Below are positions 30,447-40,022 of a DNA stretch of 64,000 bases, piece after piece. The position numbers were made by a program, and so were the translations under genes. Position 1 is the stretch's first letter; every line of letters begins with the position of its first letter. The stretch is from an uncultured Hyphomicrobiales bacterium (GTDB taxonomy: Bacteria > Pseudomonadota > Alphaproteobacteria > Reyranellales > JAQSWP01). The notes beneath the pieces were generated by a model. That model had not been told where the DNA came from, searched no databases, and saw nothing but the letters and a program-made list of their open reading frames with translations. The DNA is taken from NCBI GenBank assembly GCA_964388115.1, contig CAYLYK010000004.1, positions 150,975-214,974 on the forward strand, written 5' to 3'.

Positions 30447-30569
30447 ATGGCGGAAGATTTCGATATGCGCTCGCATCGCGAGACATGGGCCAGCTTCATC
30501 AAGCTGACGAACTACGGCGTGGTCGGCGTGGCGCTGCTGCTGATCGCCATGGCGCTGTTCCTGCTCTAG
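30447..30569 (+). CDS. Small single-TM protein resembling aa3-type cytochrome c oxidase subunit IV
   Basis: 40 aa, 'MAEDFDMRSHRETWASFIKLTNYGVVGVALLLIAMALFLL'. AGGGAGAG RBS. Resembles the Paracoccus-type COX IV 'MDIRHQQATFAGFIK...' (memory-based). Confidence 0.55.
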   Translation: MAEDFDMRSHRETWASFIKLTNYGVVGVALLLIAMALFLL

Positions 30570-30588
30570 CCGCCATCTCCTGAAATGC

Positions 30589-30616
30589 AAAAAGCGGCCC
30601 GTCGGGGCCGCTTTTC
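30589..30616. terminator. Bidirectional rho-independent terminator between the small membrane protein gene and ndk
   Basis: AAAAA-AGCGGCCC-GTCG-GGGCCGCT-TTTT, with A and T runs on both sides. Confidence 0.65.
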
Positions 30617-30637
30617 GTTTGTCGGGTCGGGCTTGGC

Positions 30638-31060
30638 TTAGCCGACGATCTCGGTGCCCGCAAAGAAGAAGGCGATTTCGGTCGCCGCGTTCTCGGGCGA
30701 GTCCGAGCCATGCACGGAGTTGGCTTCGATCGATTCGGCGAAATCCTTGCGGATGGTGCCGGCATCGGCGTTGGCCGGGTTGGTGGCGCCCATGATCTCG
30801 CGGTTCCTGGCGACGGCGTTGTCGCCTTCCAGAACCTGCACCACCACCGGGCCCGAGGTCATGAAGGTGCACAGATCGTTGAAGAACGGCCGCGCCTTGT
30901 GCACGCCGTAGAACTGCTCGGCCTGCTGGCGCGACAGCCACAGGCGCTTCTGGGCGACGATGCGCAGGCCCTTTTCCTCGAACCGGGCATTGATCTTGCC
31001 GGTCAGATTGCGGCGGGTCGCGTCCGGCTTGATGATCGAAAGAGTGCGTTCCTTGGCCAT
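30638..31060 (-). CDS. ndk: Nucleoside diphosphate kinase
   Basis: '[11 protein letters not shown]' and 'NSVHGSDS' (active-site His). 140 aa. The track ORF to 32626 is a spurious extension. Confidence 0.95.
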   Translation of the reverse strand: MAKERTLSIIKPDATRRNLTGKINARFEEKGLRIVAQKRLWLSRQQAEQFYGVHKARPFFNDLCTFMTSGPVVVQVLEGDNAVARNREIMGATNPANADAGTIRKDFAESIEANSVHGSDSPENAATEIAFFFAGTEIVG

Positions 31061-31168
31061 GATTTTCCTGCTTTGGGCGAAAAGTCGCGGGCTTATAGAC
31101 GGTTTCCGGACCTGTCGCAACATGGCCGCCTTGGACATTGCCGCCGCCTGTGCTAAGGCCCCCGCCCC

Positions 31169-33127
31169 ATGCTGAGCGTCAACGATCTCACCTACCGCGT
31201 CGGCGGCCGCGCCATCTTCGAGCAGGCCTCGGTTTCGATTCCGGGCGGCAAGCGCGTCGGTCTGGTCGGCCGCAACGGCACCGGCAAGTCGACCCTGCTC
31301 AAGCTGATCGATGGCGAGCTGCAGCCCGACCAGGGGGGGATCTCGATCCAGCCCGGCATGCGGGTGGGCCGCATGGCGCAGGATCCGCCGGACGGGCCGG
31401 AATCGCTGTTGGAGACCGTGCTGGCGGCCGATCTCGAGCGCGCCAGCCTGCTGGCGGCGGCCGAGACCGAAAGCGATCCCCAGCGCATCGCCGAGATCCA
31501 CAATCGGCTGGTCGACATCGAAAGCCATTCCGCCCCGTCGCGCGCCGCGCGCATCCTCAACGGTCTGGGCTTCGATCACGAGGCGCAGCAGCGGCCGTGC
31601 AATTCCTATTCCGGCGGCTGGCGCATGCGCGTGGCGCTGGCCTCGGTGCTGTTCTCGCAGCCCGACCTGCTGCTGCTCGACGAGCCGTCGAACCATCTCG
31701 ACCTCGAAGCGCGGCTGTGGCTGGAAACCTATCTGCGCAACTATCCGCGCACGCTGATCCTGGTCAGCCACGATCGCGACCTGCTGAATGGCGCCATCGA
31801 ACAGATCGTGCATATCGATAACGGCAAGCTGGTCGCCTATAACGGCAACTACGACCGCTTCGAGCGTACGCGTCGCGAGCGCCAGGCCAATCTGGCCTCG
31901 CAGGCCGAGCGCCAGGCGGCGCAGCGCAAGCATCTGCAGGCCTTCGTCGATCGCTTCCGCGCCAAGGCCTCGAAAGCGCGCCAGGCGCAGTCGCGCGTGA
32001 AGATGCTGGAGAAGATGGAGCCGGTCGTGTTGCTGGCGCATGAGAAGGAGATCGGTTTCGATTTTCCAAGCCCCGCCGAGTTGCCGCCGCCGATCATCAC
32101 CATCGAGAAAGGCGAAGCCGGCTACGCGCCCGGCAAGCCGGTTCTGTCGAACGTCAATCTGCGCATCGACATGGACGACCGCATCGCGCTCTTGGGCGCC
32201 AACGGCAACGGCAAGTCGACCCTGGTGCGCGTGCTGTCGGATCGGCTGAAGCTGCAATCGGGCTCCTTGCGCAAATCGGGCAAGCTGAAGGTCGGCTATT
32301 TCGCCCAGCACCAGAGCGAGGAACTCGACCTGCAGGACTCGGCGCTCGATCACGTGCGCCGGCTGATGCCCGACGCCAACGAGCAGAAGCATCGCAACCA
32401 TCTCGGCCGCTTCTACTTCTCCGGCGACAAGGCCAAGCTGCCCGTCGGCAAGCTGTCGGGCGGCGAGCGCACGCGGCTGCTGTTTGCGCTGATGGCCGTC
32501 GATGCGCCGCATATCCTGCTGCTCGACGAGCCCACCAACCATCTCGACATGGATGCGCGCGAGGCGCTGATCGAGGCGCTGAACGACTACCAGGGCGCCG
32601 TCGTGCTGGTCAGCCACGACACGCACCTGCTGCGCCTGGTGGCCGACACGCTGTGGCTGGTGGCCGACGGCAAGGTCAAGACCTATGACGGCGATCTCGA
32701 CGACTACCAGCGCCTGCTGCTGGGCCAGCGCGGCGAGAACGACGACAAGCCGTCCCGCTTCGGCGGCAACAAGTCCGCCAAATCCGCCAAGCCTGAAGAA
32801 AAAGCGGTCGCGAAAGCCGAGCCCGTCGAGCGCGGCAAGGATCGCCGTCGCTCGGAAGTGGAGATCAGAGCGGCTTTGACGCCTTTGCGCAAAGCGGTCG
32901 CCGCCGCCGAAGCGATGGTCACGCGACTGACCAAGCAGAACGAAGCGATCAAAGCCAAGCTCGCCGACCCGGCGCTTTACACTGGCCCCGCCGACGCCGT
33001 GCGCAAATTGCAGATGGAAGCCGGCGCGATCCAGAACGCGCTGGCCAACGCCGAGGCCGAATGGCTCGAAGCCATCGAGCGGCTGGAAACCACCGAGCGC
33101 GACATGCGCGAAGGCGCCGCCGCCTGA
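31169..33127 (+). CDS. ABC-F family ATPase (Uup/YheS-like, no membrane domain)
   Basis: Two cassettes: Walker A 'GRNGTGKST' and 'GANGNGKST', signatures 'YSGGWRMR' and 'LSGGERTR'. Charged coiled C-terminal tail. Confidence 0.9.
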   Translation: MLSVNDLTYRVGGRAIFEQASVSIPGGKRVGLVGRNGTGKSTLLKLIDGELQPDQGGISIQPGMRVGRMAQDPPDGPESLLETVLAADLERASLLAAAETESDPQRIAEIHNRLVDIESHSAPSRAARILNGLGFDHEAQQRPCNSYSGGWRMRVALASVLFSQPDLLLLDEPSNHLDLEARLWLETYLRNYPRTLILVSHDRDLLNGAIEQIVHIDNGKLVAYNGNYDRFERTRRERQANLASQAERQAAQRKHLQAFVDRFRAKASKARQAQSRVKMLEKMEPVVLLAHEKEIGFDFPSPAELPPPIITIEKGEAGYAPGKPVLSNVNLRIDMDDRIALLGANGNGKSTLVRVLSDRLKLQSGSLRKSGKLKVGYFAQHQSEELDLQDSALDHVRRLMPDANEQKHRNHLGRFYFSGDKAKLPVGKLSGGERTRLLFALMAVDAPHILLLDEPTNHLDMDAREALIEALNDYQGAVVLVSHDTHLLRLVADTLWLVADGKVKTYDGDLDDYQRLLLGQRGENDDKPSRFGGNKSAKSAKPEEKAVAKAEPVERGKDRRRSEVEIRAALTPLRKAVAAAEAMVTRLTKQNEAIKAKLADPALYTGPADAVRKLQMEAGAIQNALANAEAEWLEAIERLETTERDMREGAAA

Positions 33128-33173
33128 TCCTTTACCCGACCGCGCCCGCTCCCTCCTTTCGCTGCCTCACACT

Positions 33174-33302
33174 CCCCTCATCCTGAGGAGCGAGCGTCAG
33201 CGAGCGTCTCGAAGGATACGCTGCACAGGCGATGGTGCGATTGCCGATCCTTCGAGACGCGGCCCTTGCGGGCCGCTCCTCAGGATGAGGGGAATCGTTG
33301 CA
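33174..33302. repeat. Nested palindromic REP/MITE-like intergenic element
   Basis: Outer arms CCCCTCATCCTGAGGAGCG (33174-33192) and CGCTCCTCAGGATGAGGGG (33284-33302). Inner arms CGTCTCGAAGGAT (33205-33217) and ATCCTTCGAGACG (33247-33259). Additional hairpin GCGGCCC-TTGC-GGGCCGC (33260-33277). Confidence 0.65.
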
Positions 33303-33322
33303 GGCAGCTTTACGGCTTGCCC

Positions 33323-33592
33323 TTACTGCTTGGGCGGATCGAAGCCGATGAGCTGGATGGCGCGGCGCAGCTGCGCGGTGCCGGCGGCGACCTCGCCCTT
33401 GCGGCAGCGCTCCAGCCCGATCACGCGATCGACGCCGCCGGCCTGGATCTGTCCTTCGCCGCGCCGATTGTAAGTGTCGTAATAGGCGGCCAGCCGATTG
33501 CAGTAATCGAGCTCCGCCGGCGTCTGCGCCTGCACCGCGCCGGCCAGCATCGCAACGCCGATGACACTTGCTGCAAAAATCCTGCTTTTCAT
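33323..33592 (-). CDS. Small secreted hypothetical protein (two Cys)
   Basis: GGAGG RBS before ATG 33592. Signal peptide 'MKSRIFAASVIGVAMLAGAVQA'. No family recognised. Confidence 0.5.
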   Translation of the reverse strand: MKSRIFAASVIGVAMLAGAVQAQTPAELDYCNRLAAYYDTYNRRGEGQIQAGGVDRVIGLERCRKGEVAAGTAQLRRAIQLIGFDPPKQ

Positions 33593-33753
33593 CTCTCTGG
33601 GCCTCCTGCCCACCCACGATAACCATCTTACCGCAACGGGCCGGACCATGGATCACTTTGCGGCGATGGCGCTGTGAAACCGGTCACACGCGCCCGGTTG
33701 CTCGCCGGCCCGGCGCTCGCCATGATCGCGCAAACGATTGAGGGGGATCGCTT

Positions 33754-34785
33754 ATGGCGCGCTGGAAGCATCGGCCGGAAGGCTCTACCTGGGGCGATTG
33801 GGGCGCCGACGACCAGCTGGGCCGGCTTAACCTGCTTACTGCGGAGAAAGTACGCCAGGGCGTGGCCGAAGTGCGCGAGGGCATCACTTTCTGCCTCAGC
33901 CTGCCGCTCGATTATCCCGGCGGCAATCTTTTGAACCCGCGCCGCACGCCGCCGGTGCTGCACCCGACCGGCGACGCCGATGCGCCACGCTTCAACTACC
34001 CGATGTCGAAGGTCGATCCGCACTACAACGACATCGTCTCCGACGACCGCGTGCTGCTGACCCTGCAATATTCGACGCAGTGGGATTCGCTGGCCCATAT
34101 CGGCAACCATTTCGACGCCGATGGCGATGGCAAGCCCGAGCCGCTCTATTACAACGGCTGGCGCGCGGGCGCTGACGTCGTCGGCCCGCACGACTACGGC
34201 ACCGGCGCCTCGAGCGGCAAGGAATCGTCCGCGCGCAAGCTCGGCATCGAGAACATGGCGGTCAAATGCGTGCAGGGCCGCGGCGTGCTGATCGATCTGG
34301 AACACCATTTCGGCCGCGCCCGCACCCAGATCGGCTACGACGAGATGATGCGCGCCATGCACGCCGACAGGGTCGAGGTCGAGAGCGGCGACATGGTGGT
34401 GCTGCATACCGGCTTCGCCACCATGATCATGGAGATGAAGCGCCAGCCCGACGAATCGCTGCACAACTCCTGCGCCGTGCTGAACGGGCGCGACAAGCGG
34501 CTGCTGAACTGGATCACCGACAGCGGCCTGTCGGTGCTGATCGCCGATAATTACGGCGTCGAAGGCGTGCCGGCGCTGCCCGGCAGCGGCGACTGCCATG
34601 CCGGCTTCCCGCTGCACGAGCATTGCCTGTTCAAGCTCGGCGTGCATCTGGGCGAGCTGTGGTATTTGCACGAGCTGGCGACCTGGCTGCGCGCCAAGGG
34701 CCGCAACCGCTTCCTGCTCACCGCCCCGCCGCTGCGCCTGCCCGGCGCCGTCGGCTCGCCGGCAACGCCGGTGGCGACGGTGTGA
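33754..34785 (+). CDS. Putative cyclase family protein (kynurenine-formamidase-like fold)
   Basis: 'WGADDQLGRLNLLT' N-terminal pattern, with length and composition typical of this family. GAGGGGG RBS. Confidence 0.6.
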   Translation: MARWKHRPEGSTWGDWGADDQLGRLNLLTAEKVRQGVAEVREGITFCLSLPLDYPGGNLLNPRRTPPVLHPTGDADAPRFNYPMSKVDPHYNDIVSDDRVLLTLQYSTQWDSLAHIGNHFDADGDGKPEPLYYNGWRAGADVVGPHDYGTGASSGKESSARKLGIENMAVKCVQGRGVLIDLEHHFGRARTQIGYDEMMRAMHADRVEVESGDMVVLHTGFATMIMEMKRQPDESLHNSCAVLNGRDKRLLNWITDSGLSVLIADNYGVEGVPALPGSGDCHAGFPLHEHCLFKLGVHLGELWYLHELATWLRAKGRNRFLLTAPPLRLPGAVGSPATPVATV

Positions 34786-34788
34786 AAT

Positions 34789-35418
34789 CTAGCCTTTGGG
34801 AAAATGCCGCTGCCAGACGGATTGCAGCTCGGGCAGCGCATCGACCTTGTGCGCGATCGACATCAGCTTGGGACAATTGGTTTCGAACCATGCCCGCTTG
34901 GGCGTCCAGCGCGTCATCACAGCGATATAGATGTCGAGCGCCGTCATCTTCCCGCCGCAGAACCACGGCTCGCCAACCGCGCTTTCGACGATGCGCCACA
35001 GCTTCTCGCGATAGATCTTGATGCGCACCTCGTAGTCGCCCTGCGCCGCCTTGTCGCCCACGAACCGGTTGGGATCGTCGGCATAGGTGAAGGTGGGATA
35101 GACGTTGGCGACGAGGAACACCAGCCAGCGCAGGAATTGCGCCCGCGCCGCATCGCCCGGCGGCGGCACCAGCGATTTCGCGCCCGCGCCGTCGGCCAGC
35201 AGCAGGGTGATGGCGGCGCTCTCGGTCATCACCGAGCCGTCTTGCATCTGCAGGGTCGGCACCTGCGCCAGCGGATTGACCTTGGCGAGCTTGGCCCGCG
35301 ATTCGGCCGAGGTGAAAAGATTGTCGAAATCGACCGGCTCGAAACGGTGCCCGTACCAGACCAGCTGCGCCTCGACCAACGCCGAGCCCCAGCCGGGAAC
35401 GCCGAAAAGCGTGAACAT
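34789..35418 (-). CDS. Glutathione S-transferase family protein
   Basis: ~209 aa with a thioredoxin-like N-terminus followed by a helical C-domain pattern. Assignment by resemblance only. Confidence 0.65.
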   Translation of the reverse strand: MFTLFGVPGWGSALVEAQLVWYGHRFEPVDFDNLFTSAESRAKLAKVNPLAQVPTLQMQDGSVMTESAAITLLLADGAGAKSLVPPPGDAARAQFLRWLVFLVANVYPTFTYADDPNRFVGDKAAQGDYEVRIKIYREKLWRIVESAVGEPWFCGGKMTALDIYIAVMTRWTPKRAWFETNCPKLMSIAHKVDALPELQSVWQRHFPKG

Positions 35419-35467
35419 GAGGCAACTCCAATCGTTGAAGAGGGCGAAAATCTACCTGGGCAACGTC

Positions 35468-35920
35468 TCAGCCGGCCTTCTTCTCCCAGCCGCCCTTGTC
35501 GTTCTGCTGCCAGTACGACACCGCATGTCCGGCATCGCGATAGATCTTCCAGCGCTCGCGCGCGGTGCCGACGGCCGCCTCGTCGCGGCCGTCGAACAGC
35601 TCGAAGCAGCGGGCATAGTCGGCGATCTTCTCCGACCGTGCCCCGTCGGTGAGGAACAGCATGGTGGCGGCGTTGGGATTTTCGTCCTGGTCGGTCAGCC
35701 ACACCGGCTGAAGCGGCGCCTGCCCGTCGCGCGCGCTGCCATGCGGCAGGAAGGAATTGGGATCCCAGGTCCACAGATGCGCGCTCAGCGCCTCGACCCG
35801 CTCGGGCGAGCCCGCCATCACCACGCAGCGCGCTCCGCCCTGCAGCGCCTTTTCCAGCAGGCGCGGCAGGGTCTGTTCCAGCGTCGAACGGGTCAGGTGA
35901 TAGAAGCTGACGTCGGTCAC
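35468..35920 (-). CDS. holC: DNA polymerase III subunit chi
   Basis: 'VSFYHL' N-terminus. ~150 aa. Immediately downstream of pepA (conserved pepA-holC pairing). GTG 35920 is the proposed start. Confidence 0.72.
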   Translation of the reverse strand: MTDVSFYHLTRSTLEQTLPRLLEKALQGGARCVVMAGSPERVEALSAHLWTWDPNSFLPHGSARDGQAPLQPVWLTDQDENPNAATMLFLTDGARSEKIADYARCFELFDGRDEAAVGTARERWKIYRDAGHAVSYWQQNDKGGWEKKAG

Positions 35921-35931
35921 GCCGGCATCCG

Positions 35932-37434
35932 TCAGTCCTTGGCCTCGTAATTGTCCGAGATCAGCCGGTTCAACAGGCGCACGCCATAGGCGGTGGCGCC
36001 CTTGGGCGTGGTCGGCAGATCGCGGTTGGTCCATGCCATCGCCGCGATGTCCAGATGCGCCCAGGGCGTGTTGCCGATGATGAAGCGCTCGAGGAACTGC
36101 GCCGCCGTGATCGAGCCCGCGCCGCGGCCGGAGCCGACGTTCTTCATGTCGGCGATGTCGGAATTGATTTCCTTGTTGTAGTTCTCGCCCAGCGGCAGGC
36201 GCCACACCTTCTCGCCGCTCTTCTCCCCGGCGGCGGTGAGCTTGTTGGCCAGATCGTCGTTGTTGGCGAACATGCCGGCATATTCATGCCCCAGCGCGAT
36301 GACGATGGCGCCGGTGAGGGTCGCCAGATCGACGATGGCCTGCGGGTTGTATTGCTTCTGCGTGTACCAGAGCGCATCGGCCAGCACGAGGCGGCCTTCG
36401 GCGTCGGTGTTGATGACTTCGATGGTCTGGCCCGACATCGAGGTGACCACGTCGCCCGGCCGCTGCGCGTTGCCCGACGGCATGTTCTCGACCAGCCCGA
36501 CCACGCCCACGACATTGACCTTGGCCTTGCGCGCGGCCAGCAGGTGCATGGCGCCGATCACGGCCGCCGCGCCGCCCATGTCCCATTTCATGTCTTCCAT
36601 GCCGCCGGCCGGCTTGATGGAAATGCCGCCGGTGTCGAAGCACACGCCCTTGCCGACGAAGGCGACCGGCTTCTGGCCCTTCGGCCCGCCCATCCAGCTC
36701 ATGACGACGAGCTGCGACTCGCGCACCGAGCCCTGGCCGACGCCCAGCAGCGCGCCCATGCCCAGCTTCTTCATCGCCGCCTCGCCCATCACCTCGACCT
36801 TGCAGCCGAACTTGGAGAGCTCCTTGCACTTGGCGGCCAGCGACTCGGGATAGATCACGTTGGCCGGCTCGGCGACCAGATCGCGGGTGAAGAACACCGC
36901 GTCGGCCGCCTTGCCGATCACCGAATAGCGACGCTGGGCGGCGGACGCGCCTTTGACGGCCACGGTCAGCGACGCCACCGTCGGCTTGGCATCCGGCTTT
37001 TCCTTGGTGCGATACTTGTCGAAACGGTAGGAACGCAGCTTGCCGCCCAGCGCCACGCGCGCGGCGACTTCTTCGGCGCCGAGCTTGGTGCCGTCCGGCA
37101 GATCAAGCATCACCACCAGCGATTTCTGGGCAGCCCCGTTGGCGTCGACCACCAGGCTACCGCCAATGGCTTCGGCCGCCAGCGCATCGAGCTCGCCCGC
37201 CTTGCCGACGCCGACCAGCGTGATGCGGTCGATCTTGGTGCCCGACGGCGCCATGACGGAAAGCGTCTGGCCTTTCTTGCCGGTGAAGCGGCTGGCGCCC
37301 ATGGCGCGCTTCAAGGCGCCTTTGGTCTGCTTGTCCAGCGCGGCGGCGGCGGGGAGCAATTTGCGGTCGGCGGCGACCATCACGGCGACGTTGCCGGTGG
37401 AAAAGCGGGTGGGTTCGACGAAAGCGATTTTCAT
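35932..37434 (-). CDS. pepA: Leucyl aminopeptidase (M17)
   Basis: 'NTDAEGRLVLADAL' M17 signature. Trimmed to ATG 37434. Confidence 0.93.
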   Translation of the reverse strand: MKIAFVEPTRFSTGNVAVMVAADRKLLPAAAALDKQTKGALKRAMGASRFTGKKGQTLSVMAPSGTKIDRITLVGVGKAGELDALAAEAIGGSLVVDANGAAQKSLVVMLDLPDGTKLGAEEVAARVALGGKLRSYRFDKYRTKEKPDAKPTVASLTVAVKGASAAQRRYSVIGKAADAVFFTRDLVAEPANVIYPESLAAKCKELSKFGCKVEVMGEAAMKKLGMGALLGVGQGSVRESQLVVMSWMGGPKGQKPVAFVGKGVCFDTGGISIKPAGGMEDMKWDMGGAAAVIGAMHLLAARKAKVNVVGVVGLVENMPSGNAQRPGDVVTSMSGQTIEVINTDAEGRLVLADALWYTQKQYNPQAIVDLATLTGAIVIALGHEYAGMFANNDDLANKLTAAGEKSGEKVWRLPLGENYNKEINSDIADMKNVGSGRGAGSITAAQFLERFIIGNTPWAHLDIAAMAWTNRDLPTTPKGATAYGVRLLNRLISDNYEAKD

Positions 37435-37589
37435 GGAGTTCCTCTTGGCGGCGCGTCGTTGCGCGGGCGGCCCTTTTTGCGGGCCTGTCGCGGCAAACCG
37501 TGCCATGGCGGAACCCCAAAAAAAAGCGGTTTCCGCAACAGACTTGCCCGTAAAGATGGGAGATTACATAAGTTCGCCGGCCCTACGCT

Positions 37590-39920
37590 TTGGCATCGCT
37601 CGGAATTGTCGCTATGACTTGCGCCGCGACGCCAATTATACTGCCGCCGGCTGACCAAGTGGCGCCCGCGGGCTTTTGGGGGTTGAGGGGATTTAAGGCG
37701 TTGGCACGGCGGAGGGACAAGATCCGGCATGGTCGGCGGGCTGGCGACAGATTTGTCGTGGGCCTGGCGATCGCATTGGCGCTTGGCGCTCTGACGGCAC
37801 CGGCCGCGCTGGCGCAGCCGAAAATCGAGAACCGGCAGGCGCCCAGCAAGGACGTGCCGCTGGTCTTCGCCGCCGACGAAGTCACCTACGACAAGCAGCT
37901 CGAGATCGTCACCCTGCGCGGCCGCGTCGAGATCTTCCAGAACGACCGCATCCTGACCGCCGATACGGTGAGCTACAACCGCAAGGCCGAGATCATGTCG
38001 GCCTCGGGCCATGTCACGATCATGGAGCCGACGGGCGAAGTCGCCTTCGCCGACTACATGGAAGTCACGGGCGACCTGAAGAACGGCGTGGCGCGCGACA
38101 TCCGCATCCTGATGGCCGACAACAGCCGCTTCGCCGCCAATGGCGGCACGCTGCGCAATGGCCAGCGCACCTTGTTGACCCAGGCCGTGTTCTCGCCCTG
38201 CAAGCTGTGCGAAAAGGATCCCGACCGCGCGCCGCTGTGGCAGCTCAAGGCCAACAAGGTGCTGCACGATCGCGACAGCAAGAACGTCTATTACGAAGAC
38301 GTCACCCTGGAGATGTGGGGCATTCCCGTCGCCTATGCGCCCTATTTCTCGCATGCCGATCCCACGGTGAAGCGCCGCACCGGCGTGCTGGCGCCGGAGT
38401 TCGGCGCTTCGAGCCGCTACGGATTCTGGACCACGCTTCCCTACTACTGGGACATCAACGGCCACAGCGACCTGACGCTCTATCCGCGCGTCTACAGCAA
38501 CCACGTCCCGCAGCTCGGCCTCGAATACCGCCAGCGGTTTTCGTTCGGATCTCTGGAGGTGCTGGGCAGCGGCACCTATTCGCAAGTCGACGATGTTTCC
38601 GGCCAGAAGGATTTCCGCGGCCATATCGACGCCAAAGGCAATTTCGAATTGGGCGATGTGTGGCGCGCCGGCTTTGCGGTGCAACGCTCGACCGACGAGA
38701 CCTATATGCGCCGGTTCGGCTACAGCTCGCCCTCGTATCTGACGTCGCAGGCTTTCGTCGAAGGCTTCTCCCGCCGCTCCTATGCCAATTTCCGTTCCTA
38801 CGCCTTCCAGGAACTGCGTCAGGATCTGAGGGACCGCGACCTGCCGATCGTCGCACCGCTGCTGCAACTCGACATGACGGGCGATCCCGACCGCTGGGGC
38901 GGCCACTACATTTTCCAGGCCGAAGCCGCCAACATCTATCGGCCCGACGGCGTCGACAGCAACAAGCTGTCCGCCAGGATCGGCTGGACCAAGCCCTATA
39001 TCGGCGGCTGGGGCGACGTGTGGACCTTCACCGCCACCGTTCATGGCGACATCTACAACGTAGACGAAATCAACCATCCGACGACGCCGGGGCGCAGCTT
39101 CTCCGGCGTGACCGGCCGCGTCGTGCCGCAAGCCACCCTCGACTGGCGCTGGCCGCTGGTGCGCCATGGCGGCGACCAGAACTATCAGGTGATCGAGCCG
39201 ATGGTTAGCGTCTCGGTGGCGCCGACGCTGGGCAATCAATGGCGGATCCCGAACGAGAACGCGCAGGATCTCGTCTTCGACGAGACCAACCTGTTCAACG
39301 CCAACCGTTTCGTCGGCGACGACCGCATCGAAGGCGGCCAGCGCGTGACCTATGGCGTGAAATTCGGCCTGTTCGGCGCCGGCGGCGGCGCCTCGACCCT
39401 GTTTCTGGGCCAGAGCTACCGGCTGAACGACAAGCAATCCTTTATCGACAACCAGACCAGTTCAAACCTGTCGGACGTCATCGCGGCGGTGTCGATCAAT
39501 CCGGGCCAGTTCTGGGACGGCTTCGCGCGTCTGCGTTTCGACAGCGAGAAGCTGAATGTGCGCCAGGCCGACCTTCTGACCAATATCGGCCCGCGCTCGT
39601 TCCGGGTCTCGCTGAATTATCTGTTCATCGACGACACGCTGATCGCGCCCAACGATTTCGGCGACCGTCAGGAATTCAATCTTGGCGTAACGTCGCAGCT
39701 GAATGACAACTGGTCGATCGGCGCGGTATGGTCGCACGATCTTGAGAACAATAAGACCCGGCACTATGGCGGGCGGTTGAAATACGAGGACGAATGCTTC
39801 ATTTTCGCCCTCGACGCGCAACGACGCCTTTACCGCGATCGCGAGATCGATCCCGATTTCCGGGTTTTGGTGCAAGTCGTGTTCAAGCAGTTCACCAGCT
39901 TGAATTCGCGCGTCTTTTGA
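37590..39920 (+). CDS. lptD: LPS-assembly outer membrane protein LptD
   Basis: OstA-like N-terminal region and large C-terminal barrel region. lptD-surA-pdxA-rsmA synteny. Exact start uncertain. Confidence 0.88.
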   Translation: MASLGIVAMTCAATPIILPPADQVAPAGFWGLRGFKALARRRDKIRHGRRAGDRFVVGLAIALALGALTAPAALAQPKIENRQAPSKDVPLVFAADEVTYDKQLEIVTLRGRVEIFQNDRILTADTVSYNRKAEIMSASGHVTIMEPTGEVAFADYMEVTGDLKNGVARDIRILMADNSRFAANGGTLRNGQRTLLTQAVFSPCKLCEKDPDRAPLWQLKANKVLHDRDSKNVYYEDVTLEMWGIPVAYAPYFSHADPTVKRRTGVLAPEFGASSRYGFWTTLPYYWDINGHSDLTLYPRVYSNHVPQLGLEYRQRFSFGSLEVLGSGTYSQVDDVSGQKDFRGHIDAKGNFELGDVWRAGFAVQRSTDETYMRRFGYSSPSYLTSQAFVEGFSRRSYANFRSYAFQELRQDLRDRDLPIVAPLLQLDMTGDPDRWGGHYIFQAEAANIYRPDGVDSNKLSARIGWTKPYIGGWGDVWTFTATVHGDIYNVDEINHPTTPGRSFSGVTGRVVPQATLDWRWPLVRHGGDQNYQVIEPMVSVSVAPTLGNQWRIPNENAQDLVFDETNLFNANRFVGDDRIEGGQRVTYGVKFGLFGAGGGASTLFLGQSYRLNDKQSFIDNQTSSNLSDVIAAVSINPGQFWDGFARLRFDSEKLNVRQADLLTNIGPRSFRVSLNYLFIDDTLIAPNDFGDRQEFNLGVTSQLNDNWSIGAVWSHDLENNKTRHYGGRLKYEDECFIFALDAQRRLYRDREIDPDFRVLVQVVFKQFTSLNSRVF

Positions 39921-40022
39921 CGGGAAGCGACTGGTCGGAAACGGTTTTCCCGCCCTCGCCCCGGCAGATCACATAGGTTATAAAGAGCCCGCAAGCGGGC
40001 GTTTAGGGAGCTAGTAAGCTAG

